64,000 nt of DNA, taken from sequence record NC_070999.1, one strand, 5' to 3'. Under the pieces are notes generated by a model. It was not told the DNA's origin, made no database searches, and worked only from the letters and a program-made list of their open reading frames with translations. How positions within the stretch are numbered: the first letter of the stretch is position 1; each line of letters begins with the position of its first letter. This document shows, in pieces, positions 38,171 to 48,070 of this stretch. Both the position numbers and the translations under genes were made by a program.

Positions 38171-40105
38171 ATGAAAAACGGTATTAAAGAGCTTCTTGAA
38201 TTGGAAGCTAAAATTCGTTATCACGACTATCTGTACTTTGTTGCTGATAAACCGTCTATTTCAGATACGGAATATGACCAACTGGTTTATAAACGTGAAG
38301 AACTACTTAAAGAGAACCCTGGCTATCGGCCAGGGTTACCACCTGGTTTCATTGAAGACAACAGTGGTTTGAAAACCGTTGTCATTGATGAACCCATGCT
38401 CTCCGTGGTTAAGAAGAAAACACGTGACGATATTGAACTGTGGCGTAAACGCAATGTAAAGGGTACTGTGAGTTACGAAGAGAAATTGGATGGATTGTCT
38501 ATCCGGTTAGTCTATCGTTACGGTAAACTCGTACAGGGTCATCTACGAGCCACTGGGTTAGAAGGGACCGATGTTACCCACAGACTTCATATGTTACGCG
38601 ATGTTCCCACTGAAATCCCTGAGTTTTACAATATTGCTGAATTCAAAGTAACTGGTGAAGGGTACTGTACCTACAAGGATCTTCTTGATTACTGCGAACA
38701 ATGGGATCTTGATCCTAAGGAAACTGAAAGTAGATCTACTTGTTCTGGTATTATGAAACGTCTTTATCCTAGTGAGAAAGACACGCTTTATCTGTACTTT
38801 AAAGCTTATAATGTAAGTAAGGTACTAAGGGATAAAGTTAGCACTTATCCAGAACTTCGCGAGTTGATGGTTAATATGGGATTTGATATCCCAATGCCGT
38901 TTAACGGAAGTCTGCTTAATGAACTGTTCTCATTAAAAGAGAAACCTAATTTCGGTTACGCTATTGATGGGATCGTTGTTAAGGATGATGACTTAAGTGT
39001 TTGGAAAGAAGACAAGATGCAAGGCTATTGGAATTACGCAGCTTGTTATAAGTTTCCGACTGCTTCAATGACCACTACTCTGATTGGTGTGGAGTGGGGA
39101 TTGACTACCAAAGGTTATTTAACTGGAACATTAGTTTACGAACCAGTTAACTACGATGGCACTACATTACGACGTGCTAAATTCGATTATCCGGATAAGT
39201 ACATCAAAGATGGTTTACGAATTGGGAGCGTGATCCAGATTACTAAGTCTAATGAAATCATTCCTAACATCATTGGGATGAAAGAAGCTGGAACTGGTAA
39301 GAAGGTGGAATTTCCTAAATTCTGTCCATGTTGTAATCAGCCTGTAGTAGTAGAGTCACCTAGTATGGTTCGTTGTGTTAACGACAGTTGTGTAGGACTA
39401 CTGATCTCTCATTTAGAACGTCTGGGTGAGAAGAAGGGTCTGAATATACTTGGTTTGGGAAGTGCTCGTATAACGGCTCTGGTGGACGCTGGTTACTTGT
39501 CAGAACCTAGTGATATCTTCAAGATAACTTTTGAAGATTATATTAAGCTAGATTTGGTTGATGAGAACACTGCAAGATCAATTGTTGATCAAGTAGAGAA
39601 TGCAAGTAAACTCTCTTTGCAAAACTGGATCTTCGCAGCTTGTATTCCCAATATAGGATACGTTCGTGCTGGGGAATTAGCTGATCAACAAGGGGTGTTG
39701 TTTACTGAATTAAATACTTTCTTAGCAACCATGAAAGATCAGAAAGTAATGGAAGAACTTTTTGGTTTAGATGGTGTAGTAGCTTGCGAGTATGTCAACA
39801 GTAATGAAAACGAGTTGGTTAATTTCTTTATTCATTACGATTTTGATAAGGAGATTAAAGTACAAGATAAGTTAATTCCAATTGGGATAACTGGATCTTG
39901 GAATATCACTCGTGATCAGTTAACAGAACAACTAGCAGAAGTTGGTTATGAACTTGCTGATAAAGTAAGTAAAAGTGTCACTAAACTGTTGGTCGGTAAA
40001 GCACCCAGCCCAGGTAAGATTGCTAAAGCAGAGAAATGGAATATTCCTGTAATAGAAATTACACCAATGACGACATTTGATCAAATTGTAAAGAAACTTA
40101 AATAA
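38171..40105 (+). CDS. ligA: NAD-dependent DNA ligase
   Basis: Ia domain YHDYLYF..SISDTEYD, motif I EEKLDG, DGIVVK, Zn finger CPCC..C..C, HhH repeats, C-terminal BRCT. Confidence 0.95.
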   Translation: MKNGIKELLELEAKIRYHDYLYFVADKPSISDTEYDQLVYKREELLKENPGYRPGLPPGFIEDNSGLKTVVIDEPMLSVVKKKTRDDIELWRKRNVKGTVSYEEKLDGLSIRLVYRYGKLVQGHLRATGLEGTDVTHRLHMLRDVPTEIPEFYNIAEFKVTGEGYCTYKDLLDYCEQWDLDPKETESRSTCSGIMKRLYPSEKDTLYLYFKAYNVSKVLRDKVSTYPELRELMVNMGFDIPMPFNGSLLNELFSLKEKPNFGYAIDGIVVKDDDLSVWKEDKMQGYWNYAACYKFPTASMTTTLIGVEWGLTTKGYLTGTLVYEPVNYDGTTLRRAKFDYPDKYIKDGLRIGSVIQITKSNEIIPNIIGMKEAGTGKKVEFPKFCPCCNQPVVVESPSMVRCVNDSCVGLLISHLERLGEKKGLNILGLGSARITALVDAGYLSEPSDIFKITFEDYIKLDLVDENTARSIVDQVENASKLSLQNWIFAACIPNIGYVRAGELADQQGVLFTELNTFLATMKDQKVMEELFGLDGVVACEYVNSNENELVNFFIHYDFDKEIKVQDKLIPIGITGSWNITRDQLTEQLAEVGYELADKVSKSVTKLLVGKAPSPGKIAKAEKWNIPVIEITPMTTFDQIVKKLK

Positions 40106-40110
40106 GTTAT

Positions 40111-40139
40111 ACCTTACACTCCAACTAGGAGTGTAAGGT
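40111..40139 (+). terminator. Hairpin terminator
   Basis: accttacactcc-aacta-ggagtgtaaggt followed by a T-rich tract. Confidence 0.8.
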
Positions 40140-40205
40140 TATTTATTTGTTTACTGTAGCAACTTTATATGAAAGTACTCAATTTATTCTAGGAGATAAG
40201 AAACT

Positions 40206-40526
40206 ATGTCAAACTCTATGAAAATCCATCTGACCTTTAAATCCGATATTACTGAACGTCAGGTTAAAGACCTGTCCACAGCTTTAGATGGTTCCGATAA
40301 CGTTCGTATTTACGATTATACCAAACGAACCATCGTAGTGATCGTACTGGATCGTCAGAAAACCAATAATCAGATATTTGATCAACTGGCTAACGTCATG
40401 TGTTGTAAGGTTGTAACCCAAACTGGTTGTGACGATCGTGGCGATAACATCTATGTATTTGTCTCTCCGTCCAGAACTATTGTTGATACCTCAGCTACTG
40501 CTAACGCTGTTCAGAAACTCTTTTAA
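40206..40526 (+). CDS. Hypothetical protein
   Basis: 106 aa, AGGAG SD. Confidence 0.75.
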   Translation: MSNSMKIHLTFKSDITERQVKDLSTALDGSDNVRIYDYTKRTIVVIVLDRQKTNNQIFDQLANVMCCKVVTQTGCDDRGDNIYVFVSPSRTIVDTSATANAVQKLF

Positions 40527-40538
40527 AAGGAATTTACC

Positions 40539-41153
40539 ATGTCATTGATCATTGATGTAGAAATTGGTGAAAAAGAACGTCGTGTTGATATCTTTAACGG
40601 AGAACAACGTCTAGTATTCGTATCTGATAATGTAACCACTAAAGTGTTTAACAATGGAGGTGAACCTGTACTTTGGGTAGAGTGTCATATCAGTTTTGCA
40701 ACTGACTATCCAGGGATCACTGAGATCGTTAAGAAGTACATCGCTGGAATTAACCTTGGGTTTGATAAACGTCTACTGGCTAATCAACGTCACACCTACT
40801 TCCAGCTATTAAGCAGATATATAGAAATAGTTGAGGGCAGGAAAACTCCTTCTGGTCTTAGCACTGGTGAAACCGAATGGGTTCGGTTACCTCTAGGTGG
40901 TATTAGTGGTAAACTTTCAACCTCTGATGAGCAAGGTAATGAAATTACTTACGAAGTTCATCGTAAGATCAAGCATCGTGAATTCGTTACTCATATTGTA
41001 AAGAAGATTAATCAAAAGTCAGAAGACTTTACTGATCGTAATCAGATTGAACACGGGAATGCTTATCATATCCACACTCAGATCGCAAACCCTTTGAAAA
41101 GTATTGAAGATATTGAGAAGTTCCTATGCGATCACGTACGAGGATATAAATAA
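40539..41153 (+). CDS. Hypothetical protein
   Basis: 204 aa, AAGGA SD. Confidence 0.8.
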   Translation: MSLIIDVEIGEKERRVDIFNGEQRLVFVSDNVTTKVFNNGGEPVLWVECHISFATDYPGITEIVKKYIAGINLGFDKRLLANQRHTYFQLLSRYIEIVEGRKTPSGLSTGETEWVRLPLGGISGKLSTSDEQGNEITYEVHRKIKHREFVTHIVKKINQKSEDFTDRNQIEHGNAYHIHTQIANPLKSIEDIEKFLCDHVRGYK

Positions 41154-41539
41154 TGAAAAGAGATCCTAAACTGAATCCGTTTGATCCACGTAATCCAGAG
41201 TACTGGTTTCGTAAACACCTGATTGGTACCACCAAGGTTGACTATAATACCAGTATTAAACCTACCCCAGGAAACTGGGGTTATAACCAGTATCTGTTTG
41301 AACCTAAAGCTATTTCGTTAATCAATCCGGCTTTGATCAAAGATTGGAATGAACGCAGTTATTCTGTTTCTATGGATCCTAACCCAGCTGAAGAAGAACT
41401 CGTGTTTATGTTAGCGCAGGAATACCCTGCCGATCCAGATTTCATTAAAGAGATTCTGGAGAATCCTGACACTGATCCTTGGATTCTTAATAAGATCAAA
41501 GAAACCAAGAAAATGATGGAAAATAAAATTACTCATTAA
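41153..41539 (+). CDS. Hypothetical protein
   Basis: 128 aa, TAATG stop/start coupling. Confidence 0.75.
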   Translation: MKRDPKLNPFDPRNPEYWFRKHLIGTTKVDYNTSIKPTPGNWGYNQYLFEPKAISLINPALIKDWNERSYSVSMDPNPAEEELVFMLAQEYPADPDFIKEILENPDTDPWILNKIKETKKMMENKITH

Positions 41540-41558
41540 AATAATTAGGAGTCTAGGA

Positions 41559-42245
41559 ATGTTTAATGCTAGATTAATTGATTTTTGTTTCCACATCTGT
41601 CCTGAAAAGACATTTGGTGAGATGTCAAAGTTTGCTGAAGAGTTGTTTAAGATCAGAGATGGTCTTGCTAACGGAAACGAATACAATCCAATCATTGGAA
41701 TAGTAGACGGTCAACAGATCATCTTGACTCCCATCTCTACTGAAAACTCTATTACTTATAAACTAGAACTAGGTTCTCTTATTTGGGTTATACATGATAA
41801 CATCAATGGAGAACCCAATCAGGATTTTAGTAGACAAATTTTACAGTACATGGCTTGGCATTTTAATGATAAGACTTTGTACGATATTTTTAACTTAGAA
41901 TATCGGGTAGTTAAACCTAAGATTTCTGATCTTTATGCTCTTTGGATTAAACTAATTGACGGGTTTAACTTGAACCCATTGGGATTTAGCGAAAGGACGA
42001 TATCCCTAGGGCAAGAAAAATGCATTAGGATAATTAAACCACGGACCACTAAGTATCCTGATCTTGTCATTGGTAGAGTGGATATCATAGATAACGGCGG
42101 CCTTGATAGTTTTGTGTTCACTACAGACGGAATACCCTTTAAGGAAGCTATGAAACTTAGAACTACTCTGATTAAACAGAAAGGCAGTTTTATTCCACAA
42201 CCAACTCTTAGTTCTAATCCAGATTTTACTCAGAAGGAATTCTAA
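41559..42245 (+). CDS. Hypothetical protein
   Basis: 228 aa, AGGA SD. Confidence 0.75.
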   Translation: MFNARLIDFCFHICPEKTFGEMSKFAEELFKIRDGLANGNEYNPIIGIVDGQQIILTPISTENSITYKLELGSLIWVIHDNINGEPNQDFSRQILQYMAWHFNDKTLYDIFNLEYRVVKPKISDLYALWIKLIDGFNLNPLGFSERTISLGQEKCIRIIKPRTTKYPDLVIGRVDIIDNGGLDSFVFTTDGIPFKEAMKLRTTLIKQKGSFIPQPTLSSNPDFTQKEF

Positions 42246-42246
42246 A

Positions 42247-42921
42247 ATGGATATGTTTCAAGAAAAACTCAAGTCTTATGAAGAAGTATTAGAAGCAGTT
42301 ACTTATCGTACACAGATGGTCAGAGATCCCTCAATTGGTCAGGAACAGATAGTCAATCAATTGATCGTGTATAAACACGGGTTCTTTATCAATTGCAATA
42401 AAACTGTTGTGGAGATTTGTCCTACAGTTAGCTCATATTCAGGTGGTTTTTCGCACTTAGGAAATAGCGTAAAGATAGGTGTTAAGTTACTTATCAATGG
42501 TGACGAAGTTTTATCCATTAAAGAAGTACAACATGTAGACGACTGGATCGACTATAAGAACATCAAAATGATTGACTTCGTTGCAAACATGGTTGTTCTT
42601 GGTTATTTAAAACCAGGTTACGAACTCGATAAAGTCGTCGGATTGCTGTATCCTTGTTTTCAATCATTAGGTATTGTTTATCATTCCAGTGTTGAAAATT
42701 GGGTGGATATTCCATTTGACGATGGTGATATTCAAAAATCTATAGATGGTAAGACTTATTGGTGTATGAGAAAATACACCAACGGTTATTATGTAACCAA
42801 GTATATGTCATCAAGTTACCATAAACACTCGGAATGTCCTGGTAGTAAAGTGGTAATTAGTGAGAAAACTAAAGAAGCACTCCCTGTGACTTTACAGGAG
42901 GCTTTAGACGCCTTGTCATAA
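42247..42921 (+). CDS. Hypothetical protein
   Basis: 224 aa, operonic spacing. Confidence 0.75.
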   Translation: MDMFQEKLKSYEEVLEAVTYRTQMVRDPSIGQEQIVNQLIVYKHGFFINCNKTVVEICPTVSSYSGGFSHLGNSVKIGVKLLINGDEVLSIKEVQHVDDWIDYKNIKMIDFVANMVVLGYLKPGYELDKVVGLLYPCFQSLGIVYHSSVENWVDIPFDDGDIQKSIDGKTYWCMRKYTNGYYVTKYMSSSYHKHSECPGSKVVISEKTKEALPVTLQEALDALS

Positions 42922-42931
42922 GGAGTTTGTA

Positions 42932-43486
42932 ATGGAAGATTGTAAAGAGACTAAAAGTTGGGTCTGTTATAGTGATGGTTCAAAATTAGGTGAAAGTACC
43001 ACCGATGGAGGTCCCGGTGGCTGGGGTTTTCATGCAATCTATGGGGAGCTGATAGTAGAGAAGTCTTGTGGGTATTTTAAGACTACTAATAATAGGATGG
43101 AGATATTAGCTATTATCTCTTTCCTAGAGGAGTTTCAAGAACCCACTAAGGTTACTATACGAAGTGATTCTCAGTACACCATTGACGCTGTTACTAAATG
43201 GATCTATGGTTGGATTAAGAATGACTGGGTAACTTCTCAGGGACAACCTGTAAAGAACAAAGACTTATTTGAACGATTGTTTAAATTAGTAAAGTTCCAT
43301 ACAGTAAAATTTGAAAAAGTAAAAGCTCACTCTGGTATTATTGGTAATGAACGTGCTGATGAATTAGCCAAGGAAGCAGCAGGAAATCCAACATTAGTTG
43401 ATGAAGGTTATATACCTCCAGATCCTAATGAAGTTAAACCTGTGGTTGTAAAGAAACCTTGGTGGATGAAGTATAAAAAGAAATAA
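42932..43486 (+). CDS. rnhA: Ribonuclease HI (phiKZ gp155-like)
   Basis: YSDGS, GPGGWG, TTNNRMEI, SDSQY, VKAHSG, NERADELA. Confidence 0.95.
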   Translation: MEDCKETKSWVCYSDGSKLGESTTDGGPGGWGFHAIYGELIVEKSCGYFKTTNNRMEILAIISFLEEFQEPTKVTIRSDSQYTIDAVTKWIYGWIKNDWVTSQGQPVKNKDLFERLFKLVKFHTVKFEKVKAHSGIIGNERADELAKEAAGNPTLVDEGYIPPDPNEVKPVVVKKPWWMKYKKK

Positions 43487-43487
43487 A

Positions 43488-43517
43488 GTTCACCCAACTC
43501 AATAGAGTTGGGTGAAC
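43488..43517. terminator. Hairpin terminator
   Basis: gttcacccaactc-aata-gagttgggtgaac, 13-bp stem. Confidence 0.8.
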
Positions 43518-43642
43518 AATTCATAATAATTTATTTATTCTATATTACATTGACCAAGTAAATGACATTTGTAGAACACAATCTTATATTCTACTACAAC
43601 TTCAATAAATATAAACCCGGCGAAGCAGGGTAGTGTTTTTAC

Positions 43643-44086
43643 TCACGCTATGTTTGTTAGGTTATCCCCAACTAGGTAATTAGCAGCAGAAGCCATGAGC
43701 GACGTATAGCCAACCTTAAACCGGTTGTTTTTAATGATCGCAGATTGTATAACCGTAGTGTTATTGACATCAAACGCACCATCAGTAGAGCAACCGGTCA
43801 TCATCAGATTGACCCTGTATGCAGATACCGATGTGAAATCTAGTGCTTTTGCGGTCAGATTGCGATTAAGCAGAGTCACACCGGTCATCACTACGTCACA
43901 AGTGGCACCACCGAGCAATTGGTAGGTGTGTGAAGTGGCCGCCGCCCGGCCCGCATACGAATTGAAGCCTGACAGGTTTATCCTTCCGGCCCCACTGATA
44001 CCGAATGATGGGCTCTGCACGTCTTCACCACCTGACTTAATGAACCGCTCACAGGCTATCATTGGTGCTCTGTTTATCTGGCCCAT
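43643..44086 (-). pseudogene. Probable orphan C-terminal fragment of a displaced beta-helix tailspike
   Basis: Beta-strand/turn composition; GC-rich (31/60 GC at 43861..43920); no clear RBS; in-frame TAG two codons upstream; lies behind the terminator of the intact spike. Confidence 0.55.
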
Positions 44087-44298
44087 CCCCGGCTAGAACA
44101 AGGATATCGTGGTTTACATGACAGAACAGGTGTCAGGAATATTAACGTCTTGCGTGACATACTGGGTCGGATTCAACCAGGGCGAGTGCCAATAAGGACT
44201 CGTTGATACAGCGATGACGGGCACCCGCGCCCGGTGTTCGTGTACCAGATACAGGCCGAAGTGATACAAGACTGGCTGATGGAATACTGCAAAATGAA

Positions 44299-44320
44299 AA
44301 AGCCCCTCTGAAGGGGCTTT
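44299..44320. terminator. Classical GC-rich intrinsic terminator, atypical for this phage
   Basis: aaagcccct-ctga-aggggcttt, short stem with A/T tracts on both sides. Confidence 0.8.
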
Positions 44321-44323
44321 GTT

Positions 44324-46420
44324 TTAGTTTGTAAACACGTACCGCAAGTACGGCGTACCAGAGACAGACGAAATGTTAACCCCGCTTACTGTGAATGTCA
44401 TCACTATTGCCCCAGACAGGTTCGATTTCAAAGTGATGCTAGCACCGCTTGCGATGTATCCATTAATTTCAGCCCTGCTGAATTTTGATACAAACGACGA
44501 ACCGGATACTGTATCAGAAACATGGAACATCATGTTATTTACCAATGCCGCGTTGGTAATAGTGATTGGCCCAGCCACGGCTGGCGACCCTGGTCCAGTG
44601 TATCCGGCTGACAGAGTGTTGCTCTCCCCTACAATCAGTTTTGGTTTTGACTGGATAGTTCCAAACACAGAAATAATGGCCGCTCTTGGTGTGGTGTTTG
44701 CCGTTATATCCGAGCTGCTCTCCACGGCTATTGCGTAAGCTCTAAATCCATTTACACGTGTCACAGTGCAGACCCCGAATTGGAATCCGATATCATTGGA
44801 CACCCAAGCTTCATCCGCAAACGAGAAAGTCAACGAAGTCCCGTCACTCATGCCAGCAACAATGGTTTTAATCGCAGAGCCTACAGAAAGCGTGGCAATA
44901 TTGATACCTATGTCATTTAGACCGTTATATAAGTGGAATTTGTTCCTTGGAACACTTCTTACCAATAACCCTGCCTGATCTTCTTTATAGATGCTCTTGA
45001 CGACACCTGACCCGCCATCAAATAGTTGCAACAGGCTTATCTTACCGTCAAGTATGGAAATACCTTGCGGTTCATGTTGAGTAAGCGTTGTGATTGATAG
45101 CGGCGCACCCATCGAACTCCTTCTGAATGCCATGTAATCAAGAAGTACTCCGCCAGTAGACATCTTATATAGCGTCCAGTAGTCGTTCCATGCTCCGCCA
45201 GTCGATGACGCCCAAGCGCCACCGCATGTGACATACAGCTGACCGCCGCTGTATGTCAAACCTTGGGGGTAGCCGCCCTTCACCATCATTAAAGGAATGT
45301 TTGTATCACCTAGGAATCCATTCACCCTATCAAGGATGGACAGCCTGACGATAAAGGCGCTGGTGGCGTTGACATCTTGCAGTTGATATATCCTATCGGA
45401 GTCCTTGTCGTAGCAGAAGGGGAAATCCTTATACAGACCTGTGCATGTCGTCTCAGTCACCAAGCCGGTTACGAAGCTGTAAGTCGCAATCTTCGAGTCA
45501 GTGGACCCTCCGATAAAAACAACGTCATCGCTGATCACACCAATCCCTTGACCGTGACTAGCGATGTAGGGGGACCCAGCTGATTTGACGCCAGTGGATT
45601 TGTTTATGCGATATATTTTTGAATTGTATGGCGACCCAGTGCCGTCATCTTCTGTGATAAAATAATAGTTCTCACTCTCGGCTAGAGCTTGCGGATATGC
45701 AGCCCCGGACAGCGGCTCTTCCCACTGGGAAGAATATTTGGTAGGTAGGAAACCACGGTTTGCGGAGATAGTCATTGCCTCCACAACCCCATCGGAATCA
45801 AGCAGTGATGTATTGAGGTTTGTTCTAGTTGCGAGTGAAGAAACTAAATCTTCGTTAAAAAGCTCGTTACTTCTATCAACAAACCCACCGCTCGACGGAT
45901 TTGTACCAGCGGCAACAGCTCCAGCGGGGCCAGAGAACGCCTTCCCGGTACTCTCTTGCAGCAACACATCGTTAACGTTTACCAGTCTTCCACCTTGTTC
46001 AAAACTACCGTCAACCAGGTTGTATCCTGATTCTAAATAAGTTCTACGTAAAGCTTCTCTTGTAATTACACGCTCATCCCTAGTTACAATACCCCAACCT
46101 TTCTTACCACCTGGGGTAGGGGAACTATTAGCTGGAACTACATAGGGTAATTTACCATTCCAACTGTACCAGTATCCATCCGTTGGATAAAAGACGCATT
46201 TATCCCGATCACCAATACCTAAAGTCCCTCCACTAACAAAGTCAAAACCAGCTGGTTTAAACCCAACATCTTTCAAAGCTTGTTGTACAGTCTTGTGTTG
46301 TTTACCGAAACGATCCTGCCACAAAGCAGCTGGGGAATTCATCGCATAATCAAGCGAAATAGCGTTGTCTTGTAAGTCTTCTGTTGCTGAAGATCCAATA
46401 GGATTTTGTGTGAAAAACAT
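44324..46420 (-). CDS. Tailspike/RBP 1: shared anchor plus probable beta-propeller head
   Basis: N-terminal DRFG..PAGFDF.GG and REALRRTY..GSFEQGG modules; head with SHGQGIG, YPQGLTY, HEPQGIS motifs. Confidence 0.8.
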   Translation of the reverse strand: MFFTQNPIGSSATEDLQDNAISLDYAMNSPAALWQDRFGKQHKTVQQALKDVGFKPAGFDFVSGGTLGIGDRDKCVFYPTDGYWYSWNGKLPYVVPANSSPTPGGKKGWGIVTRDERVITREALRRTYLESGYNLVDGSFEQGGRLVNVNDVLLQESTGKAFSGPAGAVAAGTNPSSGGFVDRSNELFNEDLVSSLATRTNLNTSLLDSDGVVEAMTISANRGFLPTKYSSQWEEPLSGAAYPQALAESENYYFITEDDGTGSPYNSKIYRINKSTGVKSAGSPYIASHGQGIGVISDDVVFIGGSTDSKIATYSFVTGLVTETTCTGLYKDFPFCYDKDSDRIYQLQDVNATSAFIVRLSILDRVNGFLGDTNIPLMMVKGGYPQGLTYSGGQLYVTCGGAWASSTGGAWNDYWTLYKMSTGGVLLDYMAFRRSSMGAPLSITTLTQHEPQGISILDGKISLLQLFDGGSGVVKSIYKEDQAGLLVRSVPRNKFHLYNGLNDIGINIATLSVGSAIKTIVAGMSDGTSLTFSFADEAWVSNDIGFQFGVCTVTRVNGFRAYAIAVESSSDITANTTPRAAIISVFGTIQSKPKLIVGESNTLSAGYTGPGSPAVAGPITITNAALVNNMMFHVSDTVSGSSFVSKFSRAEINGYIASGASITLKSNLSGAIVMTFTVSGVNISSVSGTPYLRYVFTN

Positions 46421-46534
46421 ATAAAACCTCTTTGATTAATAGGTAGTTAAAGAAGTCATTTAAGCTTCTTTAAAATCAGTTCATAAGATCTGAGTTAATG
46501 ATTATTTGCGATAAGTTTATATAAAGGAACTATT

Positions 46535-47551
46535 ATGCAAATTAATCAATTTAAAAACTCTGAATTAAAAGAGTTTTATTTAAAAGCTAAAATGGATATT
46601 GAACTCATTGAAACCAATATCCTAATGAACAAAGAAAAGTACGATGGTTGTGAATCTAGTTCTGATGAACAGTCATTGTTGAATCAAGTTTCCTCTTACG
46701 CAAAAGAAACTTACAATGAAGATGTTACCCCTGACATCGCTGGTATGGAAAGTTTGGTAGAGAAACTTAAATCGGGCTGGGGTAAGATCAAAGAGTGGTT
46801 TAAATCTAAAGATCGTAAGAGTAAAGTTTCTGGACATATTGGTAAAACCAAGAAAGAACTTCAGCTGTACGCAACTGATGCTTGGTTAAATCAAATGACT
46901 TTCAAGAACGTAGGTAAAGCTAAGTTTAAATTACCTGAGATTTTTAAGGAAGTCAACACTCCAAATGGTGTTAAGAAGATCATTGAATCTTCCCTTAAAC
47001 AAGTACAGTCCGAATACCAGAAACAACACCAAAATAGTTCAGCACGTTTAAGTAATGGTTTGAAACTATTCAACCAATACGATAAGGTTAAAATCCCAGA
47101 TACTTTATCTAAAGAAGATTTCGATAAATACGAAACGGAATTAGCCAAGCACTTTCCGATTAAACCTGAAAAGCTTAAAGACACTAGTATTGATGAAGTT
47201 GTAAAGATGTTTAATCTTTCTACGGAAGTCGCTGGTGAGCTTCCTGTGTTAAATAAGGAAGGGGTGAAAGAAGCCGTTAAAGTAATGTCAGAACTATGTG
47301 ACATCGCCAGTGGGTTTGAGAGCAAAACAGTCGATTTATTGTCAGCTGGTATTGATTACGACGATCGTGATGGTTCTGACTTCTGGTATCGAATGCATGA
47401 GAAACATTCTAAATACGAGAAAGAACTTTTCAGTGCTATCAACTGGGGTGAAGTAACTAGTTCAGTAGTGGATATTGAAATCGGTTTTGAGAAACAAGTT
47501 ATTAAGCTACTTAAGTTTCTTGAAATGTGGATCTGGTGTTCTATTAAATAA
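46535..47551 (+). CDS. Putative internal head (ejection-type) protein
   Basis: 338 aa; IAGMESL putative protease site followed by amphipathic KLKSGWGKIKEWFK. Confidence 0.6.
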   Translation: MQINQFKNSELKEFYLKAKMDIELIETNILMNKEKYDGCESSSDEQSLLNQVSSYAKETYNEDVTPDIAGMESLVEKLKSGWGKIKEWFKSKDRKSKVSGHIGKTKKELQLYATDAWLNQMTFKNVGKAKFKLPEIFKEVNTPNGVKKIIESSLKQVQSEYQKQHQNSSARLSNGLKLFNQYDKVKIPDTLSKEDFDKYETELAKHFPIKPEKLKDTSIDEVVKMFNLSTEVAGELPVLNKEGVKEAVKVMSELCDIASGFESKTVDLLSAGIDYDDRDGSDFWYRMHEKHSKYEKELFSAINWGEVTSSVVDIEIGFEKQVIKLLKFLEMWIWCSIK

Positions 47552-47554
47552 AAT

Positions 47555-47586
47555 AACCTACCTAACCGTAATTGGTTAGGTAGGTT
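47555..47586 (+). terminator. Hairpin terminator
   Basis: aacctacctaacc-gtaatt-ggttaggtaggtt. Confidence 0.8.
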
Positions 47587-47618
47587 TAAATCCTGTATAA
47601 TTAAAAATTTACTGTGTC

Positions 47619-47647
47619 CTATATTTTTTCAGATAGATATTATTAAG
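47619..47647 (+). promoter_or_regulatory. Early-type promoter motif (identical to 5942..5970)
   Basis: ctatattttttcagatagatattattaag. Confidence 0.75.
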
Positions 47648-47694
47648 ATGAGTAAACCAAGTAAGTTGTTTCAAAACAGTCTAGGAGAATGATT

Positions 47695-48066
47695 ATGCGT
47701 TTTAAACACGATAGTTTAATGAAAGTAAAGAAGGTTTTAATGACTCGTGTAAGTTACATCATTAACTTGCAAATCCGTAATGGTGAGAAAGCTGTTGATC
47801 TCGCTACCAAGTACAAAATCAACCCCAGTACTATTTCTGAACTGAAACTTCAGAAAGTTGATAAGATGAGTTTAGATCGTCTTATTACTTGTGTTGATAA
47901 AATGGGATTGGAATATTCCATCGGGATTGCGAATTCCAATGGTTATAAAACTATAGACGTTTCTTTACCGAAGTATGACAATGATCCAGTTATTCGTCAG
48001 ATTGATATGACACGTCATCAACACAAACATGAATCTAGCAAAAACGTAACAACTCGAGCGGTATAA
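47695..48066 (+). CDS. XRE/HigA-like helix-turn-helix protein
   Basis: KAVDLATKYKINPSTISELKLQKVDKMSLDRLI pattern; AGGAG SD favours ATG 47695. Confidence 0.7.
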   Translation: MRFKHDSLMKVKKVLMTRVSYIINLQIRNGEKAVDLATKYKINPSTISELKLQKVDKMSLDRLITCVDKMGLEYSIGIANSNGYKTIDVSLPKYDNDPVIRQIDMTRHQHKHESSKNVTTRAV

Positions 48067-48070
48067 AGAG

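Noticed and set aside
1415-40105. Introns, inteins or homing endonucleases in helicase, RNAP or ligase
   Set aside because: ORFs are continuous, of expected size, and lack intein, HNH or LAGLIDADG motifs
43541-43548. Isolated TATATTAC after the RNase HI terminator as a promoter
   Set aside because: Lacks the upstream TTTTCA element and points into an antisense gene end; could be chance in AT-rich DNA
43616-46000. GC-rich segment as a transposon or integrated prophage
   Set aside because: No transposase, integrase or terminal repeats; better explained by tailspike module exchange
44373-46040. Short + strand ORFs over RBP1 and other nested ORFs under 170 aa
   Set aside because: Antisense or out-of-frame shadows of longer, motif-supported genes (the spanin overlap is the only accepted exception)
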